A stretch of 64,000 bases of DNA, from positions 416,001 to 480,000 of the forward strand of contig CAVVJT010000004.1 of the NCBI GenBank assembly GCA_963748625.1. Direction: 5' to 3'. Positions 40,669 through 52,916 of the stretch are shown here, in pieces. A program made the translations under genes and the position numbers. How positions within the stretch are numbered: position 1 is the stretch's first letter; every line of letters starts with the position of its first letter. The notes below the pieces were generated by a model. That model did not search any database. It worked only from the letters and a program-made list of their open reading frames with translations, and was not told where the DNA came from. This DNA comes from an uncultured Chloroflexia bacterium (lineage in GTDB: Bacteria > Chloroflexota > Limnocylindria > Limnocylindrales > CSP1-4).

Positions 40669-41445
40669 TCAGAAGGGGCGGTCCTCGATGTCCACCTCGC
40701 GGCGCACCCCTGGCGCCCACGGGATCGTCGCGCGACGCACCACGCCCACCAGCGCGTAGAGCGTCAGCGACAGCATGCTGGTGACCAGGATCGCGGCGAA
40801 GACGAGGTCCGTCCGGAACGACTTGGCCGAGAGCTGCATCCAGATGCCCAGGCCGTCCTTGGCACCCACGTACTCCCCGAAGACCGCGCCGATCACCGCG
40901 TACACCACGGAGATGCGCAGGCCGGTGAAGAACGACGGCAGCGCCGACGGCCAGCGCAGCTTCCGGAACGTCTGCCCGTCGCCTGCGCCGTAGGAGCGCA
41001 TCAGGTCCTCAGCGTCGGACGGGACGGAGCGGAAGCCGTCGAGGAGGGCGATGCAGACCGGGAAGAAGGTGACGAGCACGACGACGATGACCTTGGGGAA
41101 CAGGCCGAAGCCGAACCAGAGCAGCAGGAGCGGCGCGAGGGCGATTACCGGGATCGTCTGCGAGGCGACGAGAAGCGGCTCCACTGCGCGGCGCACGGCC
41201 GGCGTCCGGTCCATCGCCACTGCCGCCCCGATCGCGAGCAGCACCGCCGCCGCAAACCCGATCACCGTCTCCAGCAGCGTCGGGACCGCATGCCGGGCGG
41301 CGTCACCCTTGAACTGCCAGAGCGCGCCCGCGATGCGAGAAGGCGAGGGCAGCACCACCGGATCCACCGCGGCCAGCCGGACGTAGGCCTCCCACAGGGC
41401 GAGGAGGCCGACCACCAGCAGGATCGACGGGAGGCGGCTTCTCAC
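40669..41445 (-). CDS. ABC permease, NitT/TauT family (ThiX-like)
   Basis: QTIPVIALAPL and LRWPSALPSFFTGLR motifs; follows the binding-protein gene. Confidence 0.88.
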   Translation of the reverse strand: MRSRLPSILLVVGLLALWEAYVRLAAVDPVVLPSPSRIAGALWQFKGDAARHAVPTLLETVIGFAAAVLLAIGAAVAMDRTPAVRRAVEPLLVASQTIPVIALAPLLLLWFGFGLFPKVIVVVLVTFFPVCIALLDGFRSVPSDAEDLMRSYGAGDGQTFRKLRWPSALPSFFTGLRISVVYAVIGAVFGEYVGAKDGLGIWMQLSAKSFRTDLVFAAILVTSMLSLTLYALVGVVRRATIPWAPGVRREVDIEDRPF

Positions 41446-41492
41446 CCTGTTACCGCATCACCATGCCACTCCATCACCACGTCACCATGCGA

Positions 41493-42590
41493 TCACGGCA
41501 GGAAGTCGTTCGTGAAGAGCGACGCGTAGTCAGGGGCCGCTGCGAGGGGCTGGCCGTCGGCACCGGTGAGGAGTCCCTGCTCGAACAGGAATGCCGAGTA
41601 GCCGGTCCACTGCTCGAGCGTCTGGGTGCCCACCCTGCCGTCCGCGTCGACCAGCAGGCCTTCACCCGCCATGAACACGGCCGACGCCGTGGGCAGGTCC
41701 GGGTTGGCCTCGAAGACCCCCGGGTTCTGGTCCACCAACATCTGCGCCGCTTCCTCCGGGCTTGCGGCGGCAAACTCGAAGCCCTTGACCGTCGCGCCGA
41801 CGAAGGCCTTCGCGGCCGCCGGGTTGGCGTCCAGCCACTGGGTGTCACACGCGAGGACGACCTGGTAGAAGTCCGGGAAGCCGTAGTCCGTGAATGTGAA
41901 GCTCCGCAGGGCGATCCCGCGCTGGGCAGCCTCGATGCCCTCCCAGGCGGCGAAGGTGATGACGAAATCGGCGCGCTTCGCGTACAGGGCCTCGTAGGCG
42001 GCGGTGTCGAGCGTCACGGTCTCGAACTCGCCCGTGCCGCCGTCGGCCTTGATGACCGCCTGCAGGGTGGGCACCTCGTTGGGGTAGCCGAAGCCGGCGT
42101 AGGTCGTGCCGTCGAGGTCCCTGGGCCGCCCGATCGCCGACTCGTCGAGGACGGCGATCTCCTGCGCCGTGTGCTGCAGGATGGCCATGACGCTCCGGAT
42201 CGGGGCGCCAGCGGCGACGGCGAAGGTCAGCGAGTCCTGGAAGCTGATGCCGCATTCGGCCTGGTGGGCGGCGAGGATCGCCTCGGGGGTGGTGCCGCCG
42301 TACGGGAGGACCTCGAGCTCGACGCCGGCGTCGGCGTACCAGCCCTTCGCCTGGGCGACGTAGAAGCCGGTGTGGTTGGTGTTCGGCGTCCAGTCGAGCG
42401 CGAGGCGGACCTTCGCAGGCTCGACGCGGTCGGGGATGTCGGTGGGAGCCGGGGTGGCCGGGGCGGCCGTCGGGGCGGTCGAAGCCGGCGGGGTGGTCGA
42501 AGCCGCCGAGCCCGATGAGCCAGAGCCACATCCGGCGAGCAGCAGAACGAGCAGGGCGGCGGCGAGGGGGCGGCGGGAGGAGGTGTCCAC
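41493..42590 (-). CDS. NMT1/THI5-like (ThiY-like) substrate-binding lipoprotein
   Basis: LDWTPNTNHTGFYVA signature; lipobox LLAGC; lies downstream of the TPP riboswitch. Confidence 0.9.
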   Translation of the reverse strand: MDTSSRRPLAAALLVLLLAGCGSGSSGSAASTTPPASTAPTAAPATPAPTDIPDRVEPAKVRLALDWTPNTNHTGFYVAQAKGWYADAGVELEVLPYGGTTPEAILAAHQAECGISFQDSLTFAVAAGAPIRSVMAILQHTAQEIAVLDESAIGRPRDLDGTTYAGFGYPNEVPTLQAVIKADGGTGEFETVTLDTAAYEALYAKRADFVITFAAWEGIEAAQRGIALRSFTFTDYGFPDFYQVVLACDTQWLDANPAAAKAFVGATVKGFEFAAASPEEAAQMLVDQNPGVFEANPDLPTASAVFMAGEGLLVDADGRVGTQTLEQWTGYSAFLFEQGLLTGADGQPLAAAPDYASLFTNDFLP

Positions 42591-42665
42591 GTTCGCTTCG
42601 GTTCCTTGTCGCAGAGACGATGACGCCGCCCCCGGAGCCGGGGACGGCATCGAACCGAGCGGGCC

Positions 42666-42755
42666 TGCTTCCTACACCGGTACGAGCCGGATCAGGTTCC
42701 GCGGGTCTGTGGCTTTGGGCCACACTCTCAGCGCTCGAAGCGCTCCCCGGAGGCG
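42666..42755 (-). ncRNA. TPP riboswitch
   Basis: The minus strand reads GGGGAGCG...CGCTGAGAG...GACCCGCGGAACCTGATCCGG...TACCGGTGTAGGAAG, matching the THI-box consensus, upstream of a thiamine-related transporter. Confidence 0.95.
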
Positions 42756-42808
42756 GATATGCGGTTGTCCGCGGAGTCTACACCCCGGCAGCGGCCTCGA
42801 CCCTCGCG

Positions 42809-42919
42809 GCCCCAGATGTGGGGCGTTTCCGGCGTTAGCCCTCAGTGCTGAGCCCCCAACTTGTCGATTCTGCAGGTGAGCCCTGTACCGAAACTGACGA
42901 AACGCCCCCACGCTGGGGC
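42809..42919. repeat. 111-bp intergenic element, copy B (core type 2)
   Basis: Ends GCCCCAGATGTGGGGCGTTTC and GAAACGCCCCCACGCTGGGGC are inverted; aligns ungapped with 62113-62223. Confidence 0.8.
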
Positions 42920-42989
42920 GGCCGCGACGCTCGACGCGCTCACCGCGCTCCCGGGAGCGTCGCGCGCAGCCCGTGGTGGCCCTGTCCGA

Positions 42990-43910
42990 TCAGGCCTCGG
43001 GCGCCCCCGACAGGGTCGCGCGGAGCCAGGCGACGACCCCCGCGAGCACCTCGTCCTTCTCGGGCTCGTGGTGGCACTCGTGGCGCAGGCCCTCATGGAC
43101 CTGGAGCGTGACGTTCTCCTTCCCCTCGAGGCGGGCGGACGCCGACGGCGGCACGAGGGGATCGGCGGACCCGTGGAGGACATACGTCGGGACCGGCATC
43201 GAGTCGATGGCAGCAATGGCCGCCTGGACCCGGTCCTGCTCGGCGAACGCGAGCGCCCCGAACTTGACGGTGGATGAGGCCGACGTCAGCGGATCGGCCA
43301 GGGAGGCGGCGTCGATGGCCGGGTCCCGCGACACCGCGCCCATCGGCACGCCGTTCGCCATCTTGAGGCCCGGCACGATCGAGGCCAGCACCGGGGCGAC
43401 CTTGTGCTTCCAGGGCGCCAGGTTGTCCTCGAGTCCGGGGGCGGAGAGCACGAGGGCGTCCGGCAGCGGCCGCTCCCGCCCCGACAGCACGTAGCCCGCG
43501 GCGACGAGCCCACCCATCGAGTGGGCGTAGAGCACCAGCGGCAGGCCCGGGTACAGCTCACGCAGCGCCGTCAGACGTGCCCCGAGGTCGTCATGAAGGG
43601 TCGGCCACTCGTCAACCCAGCCGCGTCGCCCGCCCGAGCCGCCGTTCCCCCGGTGGTCGTATGACCAGACCTCGAGGCCGGCCGCCGTGAGGGCATCGGC
43701 CACCGTCTGGTAGCGCCCCCCGTGCTCACCGAGACCGTGCACGACCTCGACGACGCCCCAGGGCTCGCCTGCCGCCTGCCAGCGCAGCGTCCGCAGCTGG
43801 GTGCCGTCCGCCATCTGTGCCGCCCCGATCGACGGCGAGGACGACGATGGCGAAGCGGACGATGGCGAAGCCGACGGTGACGAAGCCGACGGCGTGCTGA
43901 TCCCGGTCAT
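42990..43910 (-). CDS. Alpha/beta hydrolase (lysophospholipase-like)
   Basis: VHGLGEHGGRY, DHRGNG, AHSMGG, HGSADPLV and RHECHHE motifs. Confidence 0.9.
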   Translation of the reverse strand: MTGISTPSASSPSASPSSASPSSSSPSIGAAQMADGTQLRTLRWQAAGEPWGVVEVVHGLGEHGGRYQTVADALTAAGLEVWSYDHRGNGGSGGRRGWVDEWPTLHDDLGARLTALRELYPGLPLVLYAHSMGGLVAAGYVLSGRERPLPDALVLSAPGLEDNLAPWKHKVAPVLASIVPGLKMANGVPMGAVSRDPAIDAASLADPLTSASSTVKFGALAFAEQDRVQAAIAAIDSMPVPTYVLHGSADPLVPPSASARLEGKENVTLQVHEGLRHECHHEPEKDEVLAGVVAWLRATLSGAPEA

Positions 43911-43984
43911 GCGTGGCTCCCTGATGGCGGACCCCCGCCCGTGAGCGTACCCCTGCGGGGTCTGCTCCGGTTACGATCGGGCGC

Positions 43985-44803
43985 ATGACCGCCATATGGA
44001 CCGAGATCGGCGACCGGGTGCTCGTCCGTCGCTACCCCTTCTACGACCAGAACATCGTCGTGGTGCTCGGGCGGGGCGAGGCGCTGGTCGTGGACACCCG
44101 CAGCACCCCCGCTCAGGCCCGCGAGATCCTCGACGATCTGCGTGACCTCGGCTCGCCCAAGGTCGGCGTTGTCGTCAACACCCACGGCCACTACGACCAC
44201 GCCTTCGGCAACAGCGTCTTCCGGCCCGCGGTGATCTGGGGCCACGAGCGGTGTGCCGTGATGCTCGAGGAGACAGGCGAGCGCCAGCGGACCCGGACCG
44301 CAGAGGCGGAGCCGCGGCTGGCCGCCGAGCTGGCCGAGGTGGAGATCGATCCGCCCGACCGGACCTTCAGCCTCGGCGCCACGCTCGAGGTCGGCGGACG
44401 GCGGGTGGAGCTGGCGCACCTGGGCCGGGGTCACACCGACAACGACATCGTGGTGGTCGTGCCCGATACGGCGGTGCTCTGCGCAGGCGACCTGCTCGAG
44501 AACGGCGCCGTCCCCTTCTTCGGCGACGGCTACCCGATGGACTGGCCCGAGACCGCCCAGCGTCTGCTTGCGATGACCGACGAGACGACTGTGGTGGTCC
44601 CCGGGCATGGCGCGCACTCGGACCGCACGTTCGCCGCGGCGCAGATGGTGGCGTTCCGCGAGCTTGCGGCGCTCGCCGCCAAGGTCCACGGGGGAGAGAT
44701 GGACATGGAGGCGGCGCTCGAGCGGGCGCCGTGGCCCACCGAGGCAGCTCGCGCGCCGCTCACGCGGGCGCTGGCCCAGCTGCGGGGCGAGCTGGACCGG
44801 TAG
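43985..44803 (+). CDS. MBL-fold metallo-hydrolase
   Basis: THGHYDH, GHTDND, GDL and PGHG motifs; TACGAT -10 box 7 nt before the ATG. Confidence 0.9.
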   Translation: MTAIWTEIGDRVLVRRYPFYDQNIVVVLGRGEALVVDTRSTPAQAREILDDLRDLGSPKVGVVVNTHGHYDHAFGNSVFRPAVIWGHERCAVMLEETGERQRTRTAEAEPRLAAELAEVEIDPPDRTFSLGATLEVGGRRVELAHLGRGHTDNDIVVVVPDTAVLCAGDLLENGAVPFFGDGYPMDWPETAQRLLAMTDETTVVVPGHGAHSDRTFAAAQMVAFRELAALAAKVHGGEMDMEAALERAPWPTEAARAPLTRALAQLRGELDR

Positions 44804-44936
44804 GCCCGGGCACTCTGGGGGGTGCACGGCCCACGGACAGAGCGTGCCGTCCGGCCCTTCACCCGCCCGCGCCCGGTCCGCAACCATCACCGGAACCGGC
44901 GATGCATGGGCCGGTCCACGTGAGGGGGACGCAGGC

Positions 44937-45923
44937 ATGAGCGACGCCGGGCCGGACCACGAGGCGATGCCAGACCAGATCGTGCCAGGCCAGGTGACGG
45001 CGGAGCAGGTGGCGATCGGAGACGCGCCCGACGACGGCCCTGTCGGCCTGTGGGCCACCCGAACGGCGCGCTACCAGCAGCCGGGCTACAGCGAGCCCCT
45101 GTTCCACCCCGCTCAACCTGTGGTGGCCGGGGCAGCACCGCAGCTGCAGGGCACCTGGCGGTCGGCGGGCCACCGGTCCTCGAACGTCCGGGCCATGGTC
45201 CTCATGGCGTGCCTCGCCGGCACGATGCTCATCAACGCCGCGTACTCGGCGATGTCCCTCGCGAGCCTCGGGATGCTGGATCCGGCGGCCGAGGAGATCT
45301 CGCTCGATGCCCTGGGCCTCCTCCTCGCCGCGGGGACGGTGTCCCTGGTTGGCGCGGTCGGCTACTACACCACGGCCGTCGCACTCATGGCCTGGCTCTC
45401 GCGGGTGGTTGACAACGTGCCGCCACTCACCGGGTGGACCCCGCGGCGGAGTCCCCGCGAGGCAATCGGCTGGTGGTTCGTCCCGCTTGCCTCCTACGTC
45501 GTGCCCTACCAGATCGTGCGCGACACGGTGGACTTCCTCGAGCGTCCGCAGCGGGTGTCACAGGGGCTCGTCAACGCCTGGTGGGCGTGCTTCCTGGTCA
45601 GCATCTTCGGAACGATCCTGGCCAACGCCATCACGGGCGCCTCGGTGACCGTGGGTGATTTCAGGACCGCGATCCTGTTCGAACTGGTGCCCGACGTCGC
45701 CCTGCTCGTGTCGGGCGTGCTGCTGTTCGCCATCGTGCGGCGCGTCGAGCGGGCCAGCGTGGGGCACGCGACCCAGGTCGCCATGCGGCCCGCGGAGGGC
45801 GATGCCAGCATGGCGCCCGTCGCGCCACCGGTGGACGAGCCGGCCCGCGAGCGGGTGATCGTGACCGCATCGGCCGACGGGCCCGCAGCTCCCCCGCCGC
45901 CTCCGGGGCAGCCTCCGTCCTGA
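44937..45923 (+). CDS. Membrane protein (DUF4328-like)
   Basis: WLSR..N, AIGWWFVP...PYQIVRD and VNAWW motifs; four TM segments. Confidence 0.7.
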   Translation: MSDAGPDHEAMPDQIVPGQVTAEQVAIGDAPDDGPVGLWATRTARYQQPGYSEPLFHPAQPVVAGAAPQLQGTWRSAGHRSSNVRAMVLMACLAGTMLINAAYSAMSLASLGMLDPAAEEISLDALGLLLAAGTVSLVGAVGYYTTAVALMAWLSRVVDNVPPLTGWTPRRSPREAIGWWFVPLASYVVPYQIVRDTVDFLERPQRVSQGLVNAWWACFLVSIFGTILANAITGASVTVGDFRTAILFELVPDVALLVSGVLLFAIVRRVERASVGHATQVAMRPAEGDASMAPVAPPVDEPARERVIVTASADGPAAPPPPPGQPPS

Positions 45924-45954
45924 CCGGGCGAACGCCTGCCCGACGGAGCGAGCG

Positions 45955-46959
45955 TCAGCCTGCGACCCGCACCACCCAGCGGCCGCGGGCCTGGCCGGCG
46001 TGGATTCCGTCCAAGGCGCCCTCAAGCGAGTCGAGGCCCACCTCGGTGATGCCGTCGGTGATGCCCCGCGGCAGCAGGTCGTCACCCAAGCGGGCCCAGA
46101 GCGCACGACGGGGTCCGATCGCCATGTTGGCCGAGTCCATCCCCAGCAGCGCACAGCCACGCAGGATGAAGGGGAAGACGGTGGTGGCAAGCTCGGCCCC
46201 CGACGCGTTCCCTGATGACGCCACCGCGGCACCGATCCGCAGGGTCCGCAGCACGTAGGGCAGCGTCGCCGCGCCCACGGTGTCCACAGCGCCCGCCCAG
46301 CGCTCGCGCTCCAGCGGCTTGCCTGGCCCGGTGACCTCCTCGCGGGCCAGGATTCCGACCGCCCCCAGGTCGCGAAGCCGGTCGGCCTCGTCGGCCTTGC
46401 CAGTGGCCGCCCAGACCTCGTGGCCGCGCGCCGCCAGGATGGCGATGGCATTCGAGCCCACCCCGCCCGACGCCCCGGTGACCAGGACCGGTCCGTCGCC
46501 CGCGCGCAGGCCGCGATCCTCGAGCGCCTGGACGCTCATGCCTGCGGTGAACCCGGCCGTGCCGATGGCCATCGCGTCACGCGCGGTGAGGCCCGCCGGC
46601 AGCGCGACCGCATACCCCGACGGGATGCGGGCGTACTCCGCGAACCCGCCGTGGCGCCCGACCCCGATGTCGTACCCGTTCGCCAATACCCTTGCGCCCA
46701 CCGGGAAGGCGTCGTCGTCCGACGCCGCGACGGTGCCGGCCAAGTCGATGCCGGGGACCAGCGGGTACGAGCGGGCCACCCTGCCGTCCTCGCGCGCCGC
46801 AAGGCCGTCCTTGAAGTTCACCCCCGACCACTCGACGTGGACGGTGACCTCGCCCGGCGGCAGGTCCGCGGGCCCTAGGTCACGGAGGCCCCGGGAGAAG
46901 GTGCCGCCATCGGGGCGGTCGACGACGTAGGCGCGGAAGGCGGCAGGCAGGTCGGACAT
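45955..46959 (-). CDS. YhdH/AcuI-family MDR oxidoreductase
   Basis: VNFKDGLA, PGIDLAG, AMAIGTAGFTA, VTGASGGVG and FPFILRG motifs. Confidence 0.9.
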   Translation of the reverse strand: MSDLPAAFRAYVVDRPDGGTFSRGLRDLGPADLPPGEVTVHVEWSGVNFKDGLAAREDGRVARSYPLVPGIDLAGTVAASDDDAFPVGARVLANGYDIGVGRHGGFAEYARIPSGYAVALPAGLTARDAMAIGTAGFTAGMSVQALEDRGLRAGDGPVLVTGASGGVGSNAIAILAARGHEVWAATGKADEADRLRDLGAVGILAREEVTGPGKPLERERWAGAVDTVGAATLPYVLRTLRIGAAVASSGNASGAELATTVFPFILRGCALLGMDSANMAIGPRRALWARLGDDLLPRGITDGITEVGLDSLEGALDGIHAGQARGRWVVRVAG

Positions 46960-47015
46960 GCGCGGATGATGCATGGTCCAGGCAGACGCGTCACCCGCCG
47001 TCGCACGCCACGCGT

Positions 47016-47044
47016 TCACGGCAACCTCACAGGAACCTCTCAGG
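47016..47044 (+). promoter_or_regulatory. OmpR-family operator: three direct repeats at 11-bp period
   Basis: TCACGGC (47016), TCACAGG (47027) and TCTCAGG (47038) immediately upstream of the response regulator. Confidence 0.7.
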
Positions 47045-47066
47045 AAGCACGCGCACAATCCCCAGC

Positions 47067-47804
47067 ATGGCCACAGCACCCGACCCGGGCACCGCGCCCA
47101 CGCCCGCGCGGATCCTCGTCGTGGACGACGAGCCCGCGATCACCGAGCTGCTCGCCACCGCCCTGCGCTACATGGGCTACGAGGTCACGGTGGCCGCATC
47201 CGGGATTGCGGCGCTCGAGGCTGCGGCGACCACGGCGCCCGCCCTCGTCGTCCTCGATGTGATGCTGCCCGACATCGATGGCTTCGAGGTCTGCCGCCGC
47301 CTTCGGGACCAGCGCGACTTCGTTCCCGTGATCTTCCTCTCGGCCCGCGATGCTGAGGATGACCGCGTCACCGGCTTCGTTCGCGGCGGGGACGACTACG
47401 TGACCAAGCCCTTCAGCCTCGAGGAGCTCACCCTGCGCATCCGCGCGCTCCTGCGGCGCACCGGTGCGGCGGCGGGTGGCGGCGAGGCCGACAGCGCGCG
47501 CCTGCGCTACCGCGACCTCGAGATGGACGAGGACCGCCACCAGGTGTGGAAGGCCGGCCGCGAGGTGGAGCTCTCCCCCACCGAGTTCCGCCTCCTGCGC
47601 TACTTGCTTCTCAACCCCGAACGGGTGCTGTCCAAGCAGCAAATTCTCGACCACGTCTGGCAGTACGACTTCAACGGCGAGGACAACGTCGTGGAGACGT
47701 ACGTGAGCTACCTGCGGCGCAAGCTCGATGACGCGGATCCACGCCTCATCCGCACGGTGCGCGGCTTCGGCTACGTGCTGCGGACCGATCCGTCGCGGCC
47801 ATGA
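47067..47804 (+). CDS. OmpR/PhoP-family response regulator
   Basis: LVVDDE, LDVMLPD, DDYVTKPF and winged-helix ETYVSYLRRK...TVRGFGY. Confidence 0.95.
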   Translation: MATAPDPGTAPTPARILVVDDEPAITELLATALRYMGYEVTVAASGIAALEAAATTAPALVVLDVMLPDIDGFEVCRRLRDQRDFVPVIFLSARDAEDDRVTGFVRGGDDYVTKPFSLEELTLRIRALLRRTGAAAGGGEADSARLRYRDLEMDEDRHQVWKAGREVELSPTEFRLLRYLLLNPERVLSKQQILDHVWQYDFNGEDNVVETYVSYLRRKLDDADPRLIRTVRGFGYVLRTDPSRP

Positions 47805-47828
47805 GCCCCAGCGCATGAGCGTCCCGCC

Positions 47829-49247
47829 GTGAGCCTCCGGGCGAGGCTGGTACTCGCGGTGGCCGTCATCGTCGGCGGCGCGCTCCTCGTGAGCGGCGTG
47901 CTCCTTGCGCACTTCACGCGCGCCGCCCTCGTGGACCGCATCGACCAGGAACTGGTCACCGTTGCCACCACCAGCAACCGCGTCCAGCGCCTCGGCGAGC
48001 TCACCTCCAGCGATTCCGATGCCGGCCGGCGGCTGGCCGTCCTGCGTCTCGACGAGCAGGGCAACGTGCTGACCGCGCTCGAGTCCGGGTTCGCGTCAGA
48101 CCCCGACCCCCTCCCGGTCCTGCCCGTGTACGAGGAAGGCATCCCGTCCGACGCGTACGGCCGGATCGAGACCCGCACATCCATCGATGGCACCACGGAG
48201 TACCGCGTCATCACCGCCGAGATGCGCGCCGGCGAGGGCCGGCGACGCGGCGTGGTTGCCATCGCCGCGCCGTTGTCCACCGTGGATGCCGCCCAGCGCG
48301 CCCTCGTGCGCACGATGGCGGTGGTGGGCGTGGTCGCCATGCTGATGACGATGGGCCTCGCCTGGCTCGTGATCCGGCGCGGTCTGCTGCCACTCGAGCG
48401 CATGACCCGGACGGCCGAGGAGATCAGCGCCGGCGACCTCTCGCATCGCGCGGGCATCCCCCGCGACGACACCGAGGTGGGGCGCCTGGGCGCCGCGTTC
48501 GACACCATGCTCGACACCGTCGAGGACGCCTTCGCCGAGCAGCACGCGGCCCTCGGTGCGAAGGCCCGATCGGAGGACCAGCTGCGGCGCTTCGTCGCGG
48601 ACGCCTCGCACGAGCTGCGCACGCCGCTGACCGCGGTCCGGGGCTATGCCGACCTCTACGCGGCGGGCGGCCTGGAGGACCCCGAGGCGCTCGCGCGGGC
48701 GATGGACCGGATCGGCACGGAGAGCCGGCGCATGGGCGGCCTCGTGGAGGACCTCCTGCTCCTCGCCCGGCTTGACCAAGGGCGGCCGGTGCGCCGGGAC
48801 CACGTGGACATCTCCCGGATCGCCGCCGACGCGGTCGCGGATGCGCAGGCCCTGGAGCCCGGGAGGCCGACGGTGGGCGCCATCGACCCCGGGATCCTCG
48901 TCGCCGGTGACGAGGACCGGCTCCGCCAGGTCGTGGGCAACCTGCTGGCCAACGTGCGCGTGCACACACCGGCCGGCAGCCCCGCGGAGGTGGTCCTGCA
49001 CCAGGACGGCGACTGGGCCGAGCTGCGGGTGATCGACCACGGGCCGGGCATCGACCCCGAACATGGCGCCCTCGTGTTCGACCGGTTCTTCCGCGCCGAC
49101 AAGGGCCGGAGCCGGGAGCACGGCGGCACGGGACTCGGCCTCTCCATCGTGGCCTCGCTCGTGCACGCCCATGGGGGCCAGGTGGGCCACGAGCCGACCC
49201 CCGGCGGGGGCGCGACCTTCGTCGTCCGCATCCCGCTGGCCTCATAG
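47829..49247 (+). CDS. HAMP-domain sensor histidine kinase
   Basis: Two TM helices, HAMP, DASHELRTPL, N box, DHGPGI, FDRFFR and GTGLGL. Confidence 0.95.
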   Translation: MSLRARLVLAVAVIVGGALLVSGVLLAHFTRAALVDRIDQELVTVATTSNRVQRLGELTSSDSDAGRRLAVLRLDEQGNVLTALESGFASDPDPLPVLPVYEEGIPSDAYGRIETRTSIDGTTEYRVITAEMRAGEGRRRGVVAIAAPLSTVDAAQRALVRTMAVVGVVAMLMTMGLAWLVIRRGLLPLERMTRTAEEISAGDLSHRAGIPRDDTEVGRLGAAFDTMLDTVEDAFAEQHAALGAKARSEDQLRRFVADASHELRTPLTAVRGYADLYAAGGLEDPEALARAMDRIGTESRRMGGLVEDLLLLARLDQGRPVRRDHVDISRIAADAVADAQALEPGRPTVGAIDPGILVAGDEDRLRQVVGNLLANVRVHTPAGSPAEVVLHQDGDWAELRVIDHGPGIDPEHGALVFDRFFRADKGRSREHGGTGLGLSIVASLVHAHGGQVGHEPTPGGGATFVVRIPLAS

Positions 49248-49266
49248 GCAGCCCTGGGCGCCCGGT

Positions 49267-49284
49267 TCACAGCCAGTTCCCAGC
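49267..49284 (+). promoter_or_regulatory. Second OmpR-type direct-repeat site
   Basis: TCACAGC (49267) and TCCCAGC (49278), 11 bp apart, upstream of the secreted protein. Confidence 0.65.
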
Positions 49285-49359
49285 CGCCGCCCGGCGACAA
49301 CACAATCCCGACGCGGGAGAATGGCGACATCGACCTTCCAGCACCCGGGGATCGAAGCC

Positions 49360-49941
49360 GTGAAACTGCACCCGTCCCTCGTCATCCTCCCGCTCGTCGG
49401 ACTCCTCGTCGTTGCCGGAGCCGGCGCCGTCCTGGCGACGGCGGCCGACGCCCCCGCCGCAGCACCGGCCGCACCCGCGGCCGCCACGCCGACCCCCGAC
49501 CCCGCGGCATCGGCCAAACCCAGGCTCGAGCGCACGGACACCGTCCTCGAGGATGCGCTGACCGGCCTCGTCACGGACGGCACCATCACCGCCGACCAGA
49601 AGTCGAAGATCCTCGACGCTGTGACCGCGGAGCGGACCGCCCGCCACGAGCAGCGCCAGGCCGACCGCCAGGTCCTCAAGGACGCGCTGGCCGACGGTGA
49701 GATCACGCAGGCCGAGCTGGACAAGCTCTCCGTGGACCACTGGCTCCGCCAGGCAACCGACCTCATGGCCGACGGCAAGATCACCACCGACGAGCTGCGC
49801 GGCCTCGGCCGCGGCTTCAAAGGCGGCAATGGAATGGGCGGCATGCGCGGCCACGGGATGGGGGGCCACGGGATGTGGGGCAAGGGCCCGGCGGCCTCAC
49901 CCGCAGCGAGCCCGGCGGCGACCTCCGGCACGAGCGGCTGA
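49360..49941 (+). CDS. Secreted small helical protein
   Basis: Signal peptide, repeated DGxIT motifs and a Gly/Met/His-rich tail. Start is either GTG 49360 or ATG 49321. Confidence 0.7.
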   Translation: MKLHPSLVILPLVGLLVVAGAGAVLATAADAPAAAPAAPAAATPTPDPAASAKPRLERTDTVLEDALTGLVTDGTITADQKSKILDAVTAERTARHEQRQADRQVLKDALADGEITQAELDKLSVDHWLRQATDLMADGKITTDELRGLGRGFKGGNGMGGMRGHGMGGHGMWGKGPAASPAASPAATSGTSG

Positions 49942-50011
49942 CCGGACCCGTCTCCCTGCGCCCGCCGGGGAACCCGAGAGTTGCATTTCGGTTCCGATCG
50001 GCGGGTCGGGG

Positions 50012-50041
50012 TTGACGGAACCGCGCCCCATCCCCCATTCT
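50012..50041 (+). promoter_or_regulatory. Putative sigma70-type promoter of the met operon
   Basis: TTGACG-N18-CATTCT. Confidence 0.55.
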
Positions 50042-50050
50042 CCGCCACCA

Positions 50051-50137
50051 ATGACTCACACGACTGTCTCCTGGTTGATGCGCATGCGTGGGCGGCCCCG
50101 TCGTTCGGAGGACGGGCGCCGGGTCTCCGCGCGCTGA
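50051..50137 (+). CDS. Putative leader peptide MTHTTVSWLMRMRGRPRRSEDGRRVSAR
   Basis: 28-codon uORF 9 nt after the -10 box, with Met codons at positions 10 and 12, upstream of a terminator and metY. Confidence 0.55.
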   Translation: MTHTTVSWLMRMRGRPRRSEDGRRVSAR

Positions 50138-52843
<2,706 letters not shown>

Positions 52844-52916
52844 CGGCGGGCATACTGGGGCCGACCGCGTCCCCGGCCGGGATGTCGTCTCCACGCCACA
52901 TCCGGACGAGGGCCCG

